The position numbers and the translations under genes are program-made. Below, in pieces: positions 53,901-64,000 of a stretch of DNA of 64,000 nucleotides; positions within the stretch are counted from its first letter, which is position 1; every line of letters starts with the position of its first letter. The notes beneath the pieces were generated by a model, which saw only the letters and a list, made by a program, of their open reading frames with translations, made no database searches and was not told where the DNA came from. Origin of the DNA: Lama guanicoe (Eukaryota); assembly GCA_013239625.1 (NCBI GenBank), contig MU054925.1:1744829-1808828 (forward strand), written 5' to 3'.

Positions 53901-54949
53901 GTCCTCCCAAGCCTCACTGACTATGCCCAGGGATTTCTCACACATTACATCTTTGCTTGTTCTGTCCTAGCTGCCTGGAATGCCCTTTCTCTCAAGTAAT
54001 CTCTGTCTCTCTGTGTCTGATTCCTCAGATAAAATCCAGACTTGCAAATTCTGCTGAAATTCTTCTTCCACTTTCTCTGGTCCCCCTGGAAATTTCCCCT
54101 GCCTCCAGCCTCCCTCAGCCTCTGTACCCCCTCACTCCCACCCACTGTTCACCCACCTATTCATCATAAAATTGACCCCCAGAGCCCTAGGCTGGGGGTA
54201 CAGGGTTCTTTGGGGCTGAGAGAGTGGGAGCCACACCCAGGCCAGCTCCGCCCTTCTGACTTTGCCAGTCACTGGGGTGGGCCCGGGAACCAGGAGAGGA
54301 AACAGGGCCTCTGCCAGGCCTCACCCTTTGCCTGCAACTCTGCTTCTTCCCTGACTGTCCAGAGGCCTGGAGCACTGTACTCTAGGCAAGATTGATCCTT
54401 CAGAGTTTGCCATTCCAGGTTTTGCTTATTCCCCTGCACCCTGAGTACACCTCAACTGGGAGCTAGAACTGTTTGGTAGGATGGAGGGTAGGGTTTGAAC
54501 AAAGAGTAGAGACCCCTCAGATTTGTTGGGTGCTGCTCTTATATTAAATGGCCCCAGACAGAGTTTTCTGCTCCTTTCCAGAGCTCTTGCCTTTCACTTG
54601 GTCTCAGGAAGCAGGTGAGAGGCTGCCTTTGCCCTATGAGACTGAGCCCCATCACTGCCTGGCTATCCCCTCGCTCCCCTCTACCCCTGAATGGGAGCCT
54701 AAGATTGTCAGGCCTCCCCTTGGTGCTGGAGTATGAAGGAAAAATTGACACTAACACTGCCCACAAGGAGCTCATGGCCTAGTGGAGGACAGAGGCAAGT
54801 AAACAGGCCCTTATCCTTGGGCCCTGCACCATACATTCGGTCACTATCTGCTCAGCACTGTGCCAGGCACTGGGCAGGGGCAGTATTCAGATAAGGCCCT
54901 GCTCACATGGAGTATATCCCTTCACACTCAAGTTCCCACACAGCAGTTG

Positions 54950-55835
54950 CAATGCTTGGCTTGAGGTTTGTCTGCCTCAGAGGCCAGCTTGATAGGTGAC
55001 CAAAATTGCCAGGGAGCTCACCCCCTGGAGTAGCCCTAAGCCAGCGAGGGGTGGCAGTTGGTGGATACGCACCCCAGCTTCCTTATCTCTTGGGTAGGAC
55101 AACTCTAAGGTGTGTTCTGCACCATCTCTCAACCGAGGACTGACCTCAGTTGCCCACAGAGGGAACCCACTTACTAAGAAACCTTCTTTGGCTTCCTTTC
55201 TTTCCCTGTCTCACTTCCCCTCTCCTCCGTGTCAGGAACTGGGAAGGTGCTGAGATTTCACCCAACCTGCAAGCTAACAAGTTGTCATACTGCTGAGGAT
55301 GCTGGCAGAAGACACAAGACTCCTGCTTTAGGAACAAAGGTCAGTTTATTTTCTACAGTAACAGAGTAGACAGAGGATCAGCATTTTCTTGTACCACTTC
55401 CTGGAACCCCAGTTCCCACAGAGTGACCCAATAAGGGCCAGATGATGCCTGCAAATGCAGTAGATTGACAAGAGAGGAACCCTGAGTTCAGGGAACCCAA
55501 ATCTTTTATAACAGGCTGTAAGCAAACTTGCCCAACCTTTGCCCCAGAGGGAGCTATTATCTTTATTAATGGTGGATAAAACAAATCTGCCTTTTTCCCT
55601 GGAGGGAGACAGTATCTCTACCTTCTAAGGCTGTTCACTATAATCACCCTTGAAAGTGTTACTTGGAACAAGGGCAGTCAGTGCCTCTACCAGCAAGTGT
55701 ACAGAAGTGGAAGACAACCAGGAAACATTGTCTCCCAATACCCTACTGGTGCTTCTTGACATCACCTCCGAAATAAGCTATTTATGTTTGGATCCTTGTC
55801 CCAGAGCCTGCCTCTGGGGAAAACCCTCCAAGAGT
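54950..55835 (+). mobile_element. LTR16-like ERVL LTR, interrupted at 55230-55740
   Basis: CCCCAGCTTCCTT...GGACAACTCTAAGGTGTGTTCT...CAGTTGCCCACAG...CCCTGTCTCACTTCCCC, resuming as CCCTACTGGTGCTTC...CACCTCCGAAATAAGCTA. Confidence 0.7.
55230..55740 (-). mobile_element. LTR47-like solo LTR nested in the LTR16-like element
   Basis: Minus strand begins TATTGGGAGACAATG...GAGGCACTGACTGCCCTTGTTCC...GAACAGCCTTAGAAGGTAGAGATACTGTCTCCCTCC and ends ...CTGACA; family name from memory. Confidence 0.6.
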
Positions 55836-56179
55836 GGGAAGATGACACTAAAGGGCATTAATGGATTTCTGATGTGGTTCTCATTTCTCCAGACCTGTCC
55901 TGCAAATAATGCAGGGGAGCCACACGAAGGAAGGTGTTTCCCTACCCAGAATCAATACTGTTGTGACTCCCAGGGAGGTGCTCTGAAGGACTCTTAGGGT
56001 TTCATTTTTCATGTTTAAATATTTAGTCCATATAGAATTTATCATGGTTGCCTGTGTGAAGTAGACATTGCACTTCATTTTTTCCCAATTGTTCCACTAC
56101 CATTTATTGGAAATTGTACCTGGTCTGTCACTCCTCTAATCTGCCTGGAGCCTATTATGTAGAATGTATCACAAGCACA

Positions 56180-57050
56180 CAGATGATCAGTTCACAGTAA
56201 GTGGACTAAAGAACACGTGGGTATCACCATCACTGGTGAGGTGACACTCACCACTGGCACAGTGCGAGACAAACCCAACACTCACAGTGACACCATTCAG
56301 GCCCCAGGGAAATGCAGGGGGTTTTGAACCAGCCTCAGAGTTCACAGAGGATCTGAACGTGAATTGGGAAGGTTTATTTCTATAAAAATACTTAAAACTT
56401 AATAGAAATTTCAAAAAGTTGAATAAAATTTTAGTTTTAAATCTTTTTGATTTAGATTTTTACATTAGTTCATTATAACTCAATAGTTTGTATTTTGACT
56501 TAATTTTCACTAATTTTGATTATTTTAAAAACAACTTTTTGGACTATATTATAAATACTTTCAGTTTTAAAATATTTTAAATTTAATTTAGTTCATATTT
56601 TTGTGACCTTGAAATTTAATATTTTATTTTAACCTGTTAAATCACTACTGGCAGTAGATAGAAATTATGAAAATCTTGATTAGAAAACATAATATTTTTC
56701 CTGGAATAAAAGCAAGAACAGTAAATGTTACAGAAAAAGTATGTAATACCTTTTGAATTAGGCACATCTTTACCTTCTGACTCAAATCACTGGACGCCTG
56801 GACATGAGTAACAACTCTTAAACTCAAGCATATTTGATATCTGACTTTCTGATATTTTATATGAATTTCAGACATATGAAAACTGCAGATTTACAGATTT
56901 TTTATTGTTATGAAAGTTTATTTGTTGAGTAGGAGGATAGAGCATATTTTATTAGCAGTTTGTGGCTTGATTTATGATTTTAAATATTTAGATTCTGTAG
57001 TGAGGGCCTCCATTTGCCTTTCGCCTAGAGCACTGTGAACATCAGGGCCT
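56180..57050 (+). mobile_element. hAT-Tip100 DNA transposon remnant (MER115/Zaphod-like)
   Basis: Very AT-rich body ending TTTAAATATTTAGATTCTGTAGTGAGGGCCTCCATTTGCC...GGGCCTG, like the recalled Zaphod/MER115 terminus; left boundary uncertain. Confidence 0.5.
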
Positions 57051-58700
57051 GTGCTCCTGTGGAAGGAGCGGGTGTGTCCAGAGTTCTTCCTGCTGCAGTA
57101 AGGGCCAGAGAGAGAGTGCTTCTGGGACTCATGTCTACATGGGCTCATGGCCACGGGGGAGTCGGAGGAGTGGGATGGGACTAGGGAGGAGCCCCCAAGG
57201 AGAAAATTCATCAAATCTATACATTTACTCCTCACCAGGATTCTGTAAGATAAGAATTCATGACTGGCTCAAGTTATGCAGGGTGCCTGGCTCTGGAACC
57301 ACCTATATGTAGCAGGACACCAGTGTCCCCTGCAAACCCAGTAGGTGCCACCTAGCAGCTCTTCCCGCTCAGGTCAGGTGATTCCAGGTTCAGTCCTCCC
57401 ATGGCAGCCTCCCAGTCAAGGCCAGCCTGGCCTTGGTGCAGATGTCATGGCCTCTGAGTGGTGGAGAATGCAGTGCTCCCACCGCCTGCTGCTGCAGGTC
57501 ATGCCAGAGAATTATGATAATGAACTAGGTCCCTAGGCTGCCCCACCATCCTCCTGCAGGGCTCAAAGGACCTCTCAGTCACAGCCCCACCTCACAGCCC
57601 CTGCCCAGGCACTGAATCTCAGCCCTTCTCAACCCCAGGCCTGGCCTCTAGGGGATGCGCTGGGGGCGCCCTTCTCTGTGACTTGTTGGGGATGGGTGGG
57701 TAGCAGGCCTGGGGCTGTGATCAGTCAGATCCAAGGAGTGACCTGAGGACATGAGGGGAGAGGCAAGGGAGAGGAGAGTCTTGGCCAGTTAGGGTTCTCC
57801 ATTCTTCTGAAGGCAAACAGGTTCTGAGTGGTTAAAAGTCTGCCCCAAGGTCACCCAACCAGAAAGGGAGAACCTTACTTCTCTGTGCCAGCCCTGACAT
57901 GCTCCCCGGTCCCCTCAGCCAGACTTCAAGGCCACTGCTGACCCTGGGACCCTGTGATACGAATACTTATGGCAGCTCCCTGGAAGTGTGACTAGGCCCC
58001 AACCCAGTCTCAGAATAGGGTCACAACCCTCATGGCCTTCCTGGGGGCCCTGCAGCTTCTTTTTATTCTCTAAATAGGGTAACTATGGCTCCAATGGGCC
58101 AGATGTGTGCTCAGGATGCACAGCTGTGCACCGGTGGTAGGATCACACCAAGTGGCCTGACACTGGAGCAGGCCCCGTACCTCAGCTGTGGGACAGGGAT
58201 CTGAGGGAGAGGCCCTGTAGGAAAGGACTGGCCTGAAGGAGAGACAGAAGTCCTGACCAGAAGTTGTCTGTCCACCAACAAGGGACTCAGCAAGCAGGGC
58301 CTGGCATTTTGCTCTCCCTTCTCCCCCTTAGCCCTTCATACCCCTGGCTGCTCACTCACACCTAACATCCCGCTTTCACCTGTGTCCCCACGCCTGCACA
58401 ATGCCCTTCTCCCCAGGCACACACTCCCCTTTTCTCCCTACTCTTTCTGGTTGTCAACACTGTGCCTGTCCCTGGGCTGGACGCTAGGTACTGAAGAGGC
58501 TGCACCAGATCTGGGCCTGTCCTGGCAGATCCCTTAGAAGGGCCCTCCAGACTCAGTGTCAAGATAGGGGAGTCTAAGGGGACACCCGCAATCAGAGAGG
58601 GCTTACTGGGGACAAGGACCCCGGCTGAGGCCTCAGCACCACATTCCCTTACCTAGGTCACAGCCCTGTCTCTGAGCCTCTCCCTGGAGTGGCCAAGAGG

Positions 58701-59681
58701 TTCCAGGAAGCGTCCCCTCGCTCTGCAGCGCCAATTCCAAGAACTGAGGCTCCTGGCAGCTCTTGCCCAGGATCCTTTCCTGGAACACAGGCCTCACCCC
58801 GCCCGGCTGCTGGGTCTTATTGGGCAGCTGGTGGAGGAAGGGAGGGAAGGGGTGCCCTGGGCGGGGCCTCTGGGGTCCAGACACTGAGAGGTGGGCTTAG
58901 GCTGTCAGTCTGGAGGGGGTGGCCACACTAGGGTGGAGGCGGAGGTCAATGTGAAGGCATTCTGACTCCCTGCCAACTATGGGGGTGGGGGTAGGCCCAG
59001 TGTGTTCAGCTCAGAGCCTCCCTGCACACACAGGAGACTCACCCTTTAGGCTCAGAACTTGGGCCCAACTTGCTCCATTCCACCCTCCATCCCTCCACCA
59101 CCACCCCGAAGTCCCATCTAGCAGGCAAATGACATGAGCCTTACTTTGGCCCCAGAGCAGGCCTTCATCAGATAACCTCCAGCGGTACAAGCCAGGGGAC
59201 AGGAGTGGCAAGTTCTGAGCAGGGAAGGGGAGTGGGATAGTCAGTTCTTGGAAGGACATGACACCTATATTATTAATCTTGTTATAATTTCACCCTGCCT
59301 GATTATGACAGAGGAAATCATCTCACCCCACACCCTCAGCAAGTTGGGTTGGGTAGGTGGGGTTGGGGGTGACAGGCCCTGATTCGTGGGCAAGGACAGG
59401 GCCCAACTTCCCTCAAGGTCACTGGGCCTCCCCCGCTGGGGCGTGTCCTCCACACACCCGGCTCAGCCTGAGCTGGCACCAGGCCCGCAGACCCGCCTGG
59501 GACCTGCCAGATCACATTGAGCAACCAGTTCCTGAGGAGCGTTGAAGGCTGTTTGGTTTAAAATTAACTCCCCCACTCCCCCCTCCCCTGCCTGCAGGCC
59601 TCCTCTGAGTTCTTGGAAGAGGCCTCTGCTCTTACTTCCTGGGAAGAGGCCTCTAGCCGCAGCTGCTGCGATTCTAGCGAA
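58701..59681. promoter_or_regulatory. Cluster of STAT (GAS) motifs, candidate STAT5 enhancer
   Basis: TTCYNRGAA at 58701, 58735, 58777, 59245 and 59610; TTC-N4-GAA at 59636 and 59672. Confidence 0.6.
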
Positions 59682-60311
59682 AACACCTCATCCAGGGTGG
59701 GGGCGGGGGTGCCCATGCCACGCCTTCTCTGCCTTCTACCAGGCCCAGGGATCCTCGTGGAGCCTAGCACTCCCTAGTTCAGTCACTGAGACCCAGAGGA
59801 GACGGTGGGGGAGGGGGAGATTACCACAGTGCTGAGAGAGGGTGCTACTGCCCCAAAGCTCACAGCCCCGGATCAGGCATCTGCTGGCTCTGAGTAGAGA
59901 AAAAGGGCTATAGAAACCCAGCCTGGACTCCTCTGGCATAGAGAGAGCGTGAGCTGATCACACTGACAGCAAACTCAGGACTTTGGTCTACTTTGAGACA
60001 TATATGGCCCGGAGAGATAAAGCAATCTGCCCAGGGTCACCCAGCTTTGCCTGCCTCAGCTCAGCCTGCCCACTAGATGCCAGGGTGACAACACTGACCT
60101 GGGCAGGATGCCGAGGAGCCAGCCCCCTTAGGCACTCACACTGAGGTTAAGAGCTCTCTATTAGGACACTCCTCTTTGTCTCTTACCCACAATCCTCTGC
60201 CCTGGGAACCTGTCTTCTGGATAAGCCTTCGTTTTCCAGTGTCTCCTTGCGCTCTTTGTCTCATGGGCTTTGGAGAAAAGATTTCCTGAGAACCTGCTCT
60301 CCTAACAGCTC

Positions 60312-60444
60312 NNNNNNNNNNNNNNNNNNNNNNNNNNNNNNNNNNNNNNNNNNNNNNNNNNNNNNNNNNNNNNNNNNNNNNNNNNNNNNNNNNNNNNNNN
60401 NNNNNNNNNNNNNNNNNNNNNNNNNNNNNNNNNNNNNNNNNNNN
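60312..60444. other. Assembly gap (133 N)
   Basis: Run of N. Confidence 1.
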
Positions 60445-60929
60445 ACTGGTGGCGGTAGGGAGCAGAGAGGGGCTTCTTTGGAGAGGGCTGAGAGGTTAGG
60501 GGCACTTTTAGAACAAAGGTTTGGCTCAATCCAGACTATGAGTGAAATCCTCACTCCTGATGGAGGAGGAGCCCAGCTCTGGTGACAAGAATGGCACAGT
60601 CTGGCTCCTTGGTGCTGGGTGTGGGGCGAGTCACTCCCTCTCCAGCCACACCATTGGATTGTAGGTCTCCCTAGTGGGGGCTGTGCAAATGAACAATCCT
60701 AGAGGACTGCCTGGAGGAGTTGTGGAAGTCTCAAGTTCCCTTAGCCCTCAGAGTCCACTTCTTGTGCTCTGGGCCTTGCCTGCTTCAGCCAGGCCTGGGT
60801 CATGGAAGCAACTGTCTTTCCATTGAGCATAAAGCTTTGGCCACACAAAAAGCCTCCTTCTTTGGGTCTGCTGCATCTCCTGCTTAGAGATGAACATCAG
60901 CTTCTACTCATTCCGTATTTCCCCAAAGC

Positions 60930-61070
60930 CAGGCATGGCTACTCTCCAACCACTCTGTGGCATGGGCACTACCACTATTTCTGTTTGACAGATGGGGAAA
61001 CTGAGGCTCCAAGAGGTTATCCGTCTGTGATCCCAGGGTGATTTTGAAGGGGCTGAAATTTGAACTCTGC
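60930..61070 (-). mobile_element. MIR SINE fragment
   Basis: TTTGACAGATGGGGAAACTGAGGCTCCAAGAGGTTA. Confidence 0.7.
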
Positions 61071-61136
61071 CTGAGTTCTTTCCACTTGGCTGATTTGCCT
61101 CTTCAAAGACATCCCCAGGGAACTTTCATGGGAAGC

Positions 61137-61167
<31 letters not shown>

Positions 61168-61196
61168 CAGACAGACAGACAGACAAAGAGAGAGAA
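61137..61196. repeat. Compound (TG)n(AG)n(ACAG)n microsatellite
   Basis: Directly visible. Confidence 0.9.
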
Positions 61197-61349
61197 AGGG
61201 AGAAAAAGGGAAATAGAGAAATTTAGCCAAAGAATGGCTGTTTTGAACCTATTATAGAAAGTATGTTTTCTCCTCCCCAGGCTGGAGAGACCTGAGAAAA
61301 CTCAAATTCCAGGGAGATTCCCTAGGATGCAGTGGGTGCCTAACACAGG

Positions 61350-61900
61350 CATGAATAAGTACTGGAGAAGTTAAGGAAGACTTCTCAGAAAAAGAGCATT
61401 TGAGTTTGGTTTTGAAGGGTGAGTAAGAGTTTGTCCTGGCAGAAGTGAGGAAGAAGGATATTCCAGGATGAATGATAGAGTTGGAGGGCTGTTTGGAGGA
61501 AACCAGAATGGAATGGCTTGGCAGTTTGAGAAGCCATATCTTGGAGCCTAGGGTGAGACATGGGCGAGGTATGAGGGGAGCCTGTGAATATCACTAAGTG
61601 GGGAAGGCTGGACAAGATTGGGTTTGCAAGCCCCTCACTCTGAAGATGGTGGTAGGGCTGAAGGGGCCGATGAGGAGGCCATCAGGATGGTCCAGTCAGG
61701 TGAGTGACCAATGGTAAGGCTAGATCTGGGCAAAGCAGCCAGCAGGAGCAGCAAAAGGATAGCTTGAGAGGGATGAGGGGCAAAGGAGAGGGACTTGGAA
61801 ATCAACAGGCTAGGGAGTTGAATGTGAGGGTTATCTCCAAGATGGGAGGAGAGTGGAGGCATGTCTAGAGGGCAGTGAAGAGTCCAGGTCTGGACAAAGG
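61350..61900 (-). mobile_element. L2 LINE fragment
   Basis: AAGGAAGACTTCTCAGAAAAAGAGCATTTGAGTTTGGTTTTGAAGGGTGAGTAAGAGTTTG...GGATATTCCAGG. Confidence 0.65.
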
Positions 61901-63684
61901 GAGTCTGGGGGACCTTGAACCAGGCCATTCAAGTTGCCAGAAGGCAGCCGACTCAAGTTCAAGAGTTCTAGGGTGGAGGGGGACAAGTCCTGGCCTGGGA
62001 TTCAAAGCCCTGGGTTCCAACCCCATATGCCTGCTTCCTTTCTGGGTGTCTGGGTGACTCTGCCTCTCTGGGTCTCAGGCTTGCAGCTTTGAAATAGGAC
62101 AGACCCAGAGGCAACTACCCAGCTTACCTCCCTCACTTATAACTTACCTCTGAGGGCACAGACCACTGAGGGCTGGGAGAGTAACAGGCCTGAGGGAATC
62201 CCATCTTCCAGGTGTGGGCAAGGGTAGCAGATGGCCTAGTCTCTACTGGAGCTACAAGAGAAGTTGCTAGACAGTTCGACTGGCTTAGCCTCCACCCCAG
62301 CCCATGCAGAGACCAGACAATAGGTCTATTCACAAGGACTAGAACCCAAGGCCTTGGTTGGCATATGACGCCTTAGGGTGAAGGGCTGGGCTGGAAGAGA
62401 GGGCAACATCAGAGCTGGTGGGGTGAAGGGCTGCTTATAGCTATGGAGAGTTCCAGCCAGCTGCCCTGCAGGCCCCATGAGGCCCTCAGGGGCCCACCTG
62501 CCTGGCCCACCTCTCAAAGGGGATTAAAACAATGGACAAGAAATAGTTACAGTGACAGCTGCCGTGCTGCCAGGTTGAACTGTCTCAGACTTTCCTCCGT
62601 ATCACCTCAAATAAACCCTCCTGGGGCCCCCCTGTCCCCTCTGAGAGATGTGCTGTCACTGTTTCATAGCTGAGGAATCTTCTGAGGTTTAGTGAGTTTG
62701 CGGGAAACCCCCCAAAACCAAGTACACAGAACATGATGCACTTGTGTGCATCACTTGAGGGAAGGTGGGGGTAAAAGCAGGATGTGGGGGATGTGCTCAC
62801 CAGGACTAGACCTTCAGCAATCTCCTCTACCTTGAGTCTCAGAAGTGGGAGCCCCAGCCTGCTGCCCCAGATTGTCCATTGGAATGACCCCTTGGGCAAC
62901 TGGCTGTGTGGCCTGCCTAAGCTGGGGAGGGGGCCCCACACCCTGCAGTCAAAGGTGGGGAGGACACATTCACCAGGAGAGGATGTTGAATTCCTGGCAA
63001 AGCTCCAACCTGCTTTATATTAAAACTGGTCTAACAGGTTGGCATGAAAGGGCTGCCCAGGCCTGCACGGGCTCCACTTCTTCTGGAGGAAGAGGGCCTT
63101 TGTGAGGTCCCCAGAATCCTCCTGTCTTCTTGGTCAGGACTTATTTCAGGCTCTTTGCCCTTCTACTTCACTGTGGGCCAGGTGTGCAGGGTGGGAGAGT
63201 TCCCATCTAAGAGTGGAGCCAGCCCAGCCATGACCCCTGCCCTATTCAGACCTTTCTTTGGCTCTGATCCAGCAGGATTTGCTCAGTTGGCAGATTAGAA
63301 GCTGGACACAGGTACAGGGGCCCTGATGATTCAGGGAGTGTTAGGACATTCCGTGATCATAAGTAAAGCATCCCAGCAAGACCTTTCATTGATTGACAAG
63401 AGAAACCTGGATAGCCTAGTGCCTCTGTCCCAGAGTCTTTCTAGAGGGACATCGTGAGTTCAAGGTGGGACACCACACAGGATCAATCTCTAAATCCACC
63501 TACCCTTGGTCTGGCAGAATCCTCCAGGGCCCAGCCCCTAGCCCTAACTCCTGCCCCCTCATCTGGAAAGCCCTCCTGAATCATCCCACCCCTTCTGCAT
63601 GCCCCCAGGGCATTGTGAGTGCCAAGGCTTTAGCATGCCAGCCCCTGGGAGGCAGAGCAGAGCAGCAGTTACACAAACAACGTC

Positions 63685-63830
63685 CTGAGTCAGGGTTTGA
63701 ACCCCAGCTCTGTCCCTCACAAGCTGTGTGATCCTGAAAAAGCCACAGTTTCTCTCTCTGAGTCTTACTTACCTCTTCTGCTGTAAATGGGGACAACCTC
63801 TGCTGGTGTGGAAGGCTGCAGTGAGAACTT
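63685..63830 (+). mobile_element. MIR SINE fragment
   Basis: GGGTTTGAACCCCAGCTCTGTCCCTCACAAGCTGTGTGATCCTG...CTGTAAATGGGGACAA. Confidence 0.7.
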
Positions 63831-64000
63831 AATGGGGCACGAACCCCACCCAGATCACCTAGTTGCAGCCCTCGCCTCCTCCACTCTCCACCACACCCTA
63901 TTCTGCCATATCCCATACCTCTCAACCTCCTTTCTGGGCTCCAGCCCCCAGGCCCTCATTAGGCCATCCCCATTCAGCTAACAGGTTCACCCCTTAGAAA

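Noticed and set aside
44200-64000. CISH coding exons expected by synteny
   Set aside because: No SH2 or SOCS-box coding sequence recognised; the gene presumably lies beyond the window.

Overview
Eutherian mammal genomic DNA (GC-rich, three N gaps) orthologous to the human 3p21.31 C3orf18-HEMK1 interval. Two intact spliced genes were reconstructed by hand, all coding introns GT-AG. C3orf18 is on the minus strand with 4 coding exons (25514-30609) and encodes a 162-aa single-pass membrane protein. HEMK1 is on the plus strand with 10 coding exons (35335-43814) and encodes a 352-aa mitochondrial release-factor glutamine methyltransferase. The two genes are head-to-head around CpG-rich promoters at about 32.4-34.3 kb. 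The rest is non-coding: ancient repeats (MIR, L2, L1M, MLT1, LTR16/LTR47-like, MER96, MER115-like), microsatellites, an orphan CpG island at about 2.5-3.2 kb and several motif-dense candidate enhancers. Almost all entries in the ORF track are chance ORFs. I found no new multi-gene system. Most notable: HEMK1 lacks both the start and the stop codon I recall for human (ATG->AGG; stop->CAG, +19 aa); the C3orf18 leader carries three uORFs with a TGATG stop/start overlap; a dense STAT5-consensus GAS cluster lies at 58.7-59.7 kb towards the expected CISH locus; a triple inverted TAATTGGCA element lies at 15.8 kb; and no young SINEs are recognisable. Comparisons with human and repeat family names are from memory, not from a search.
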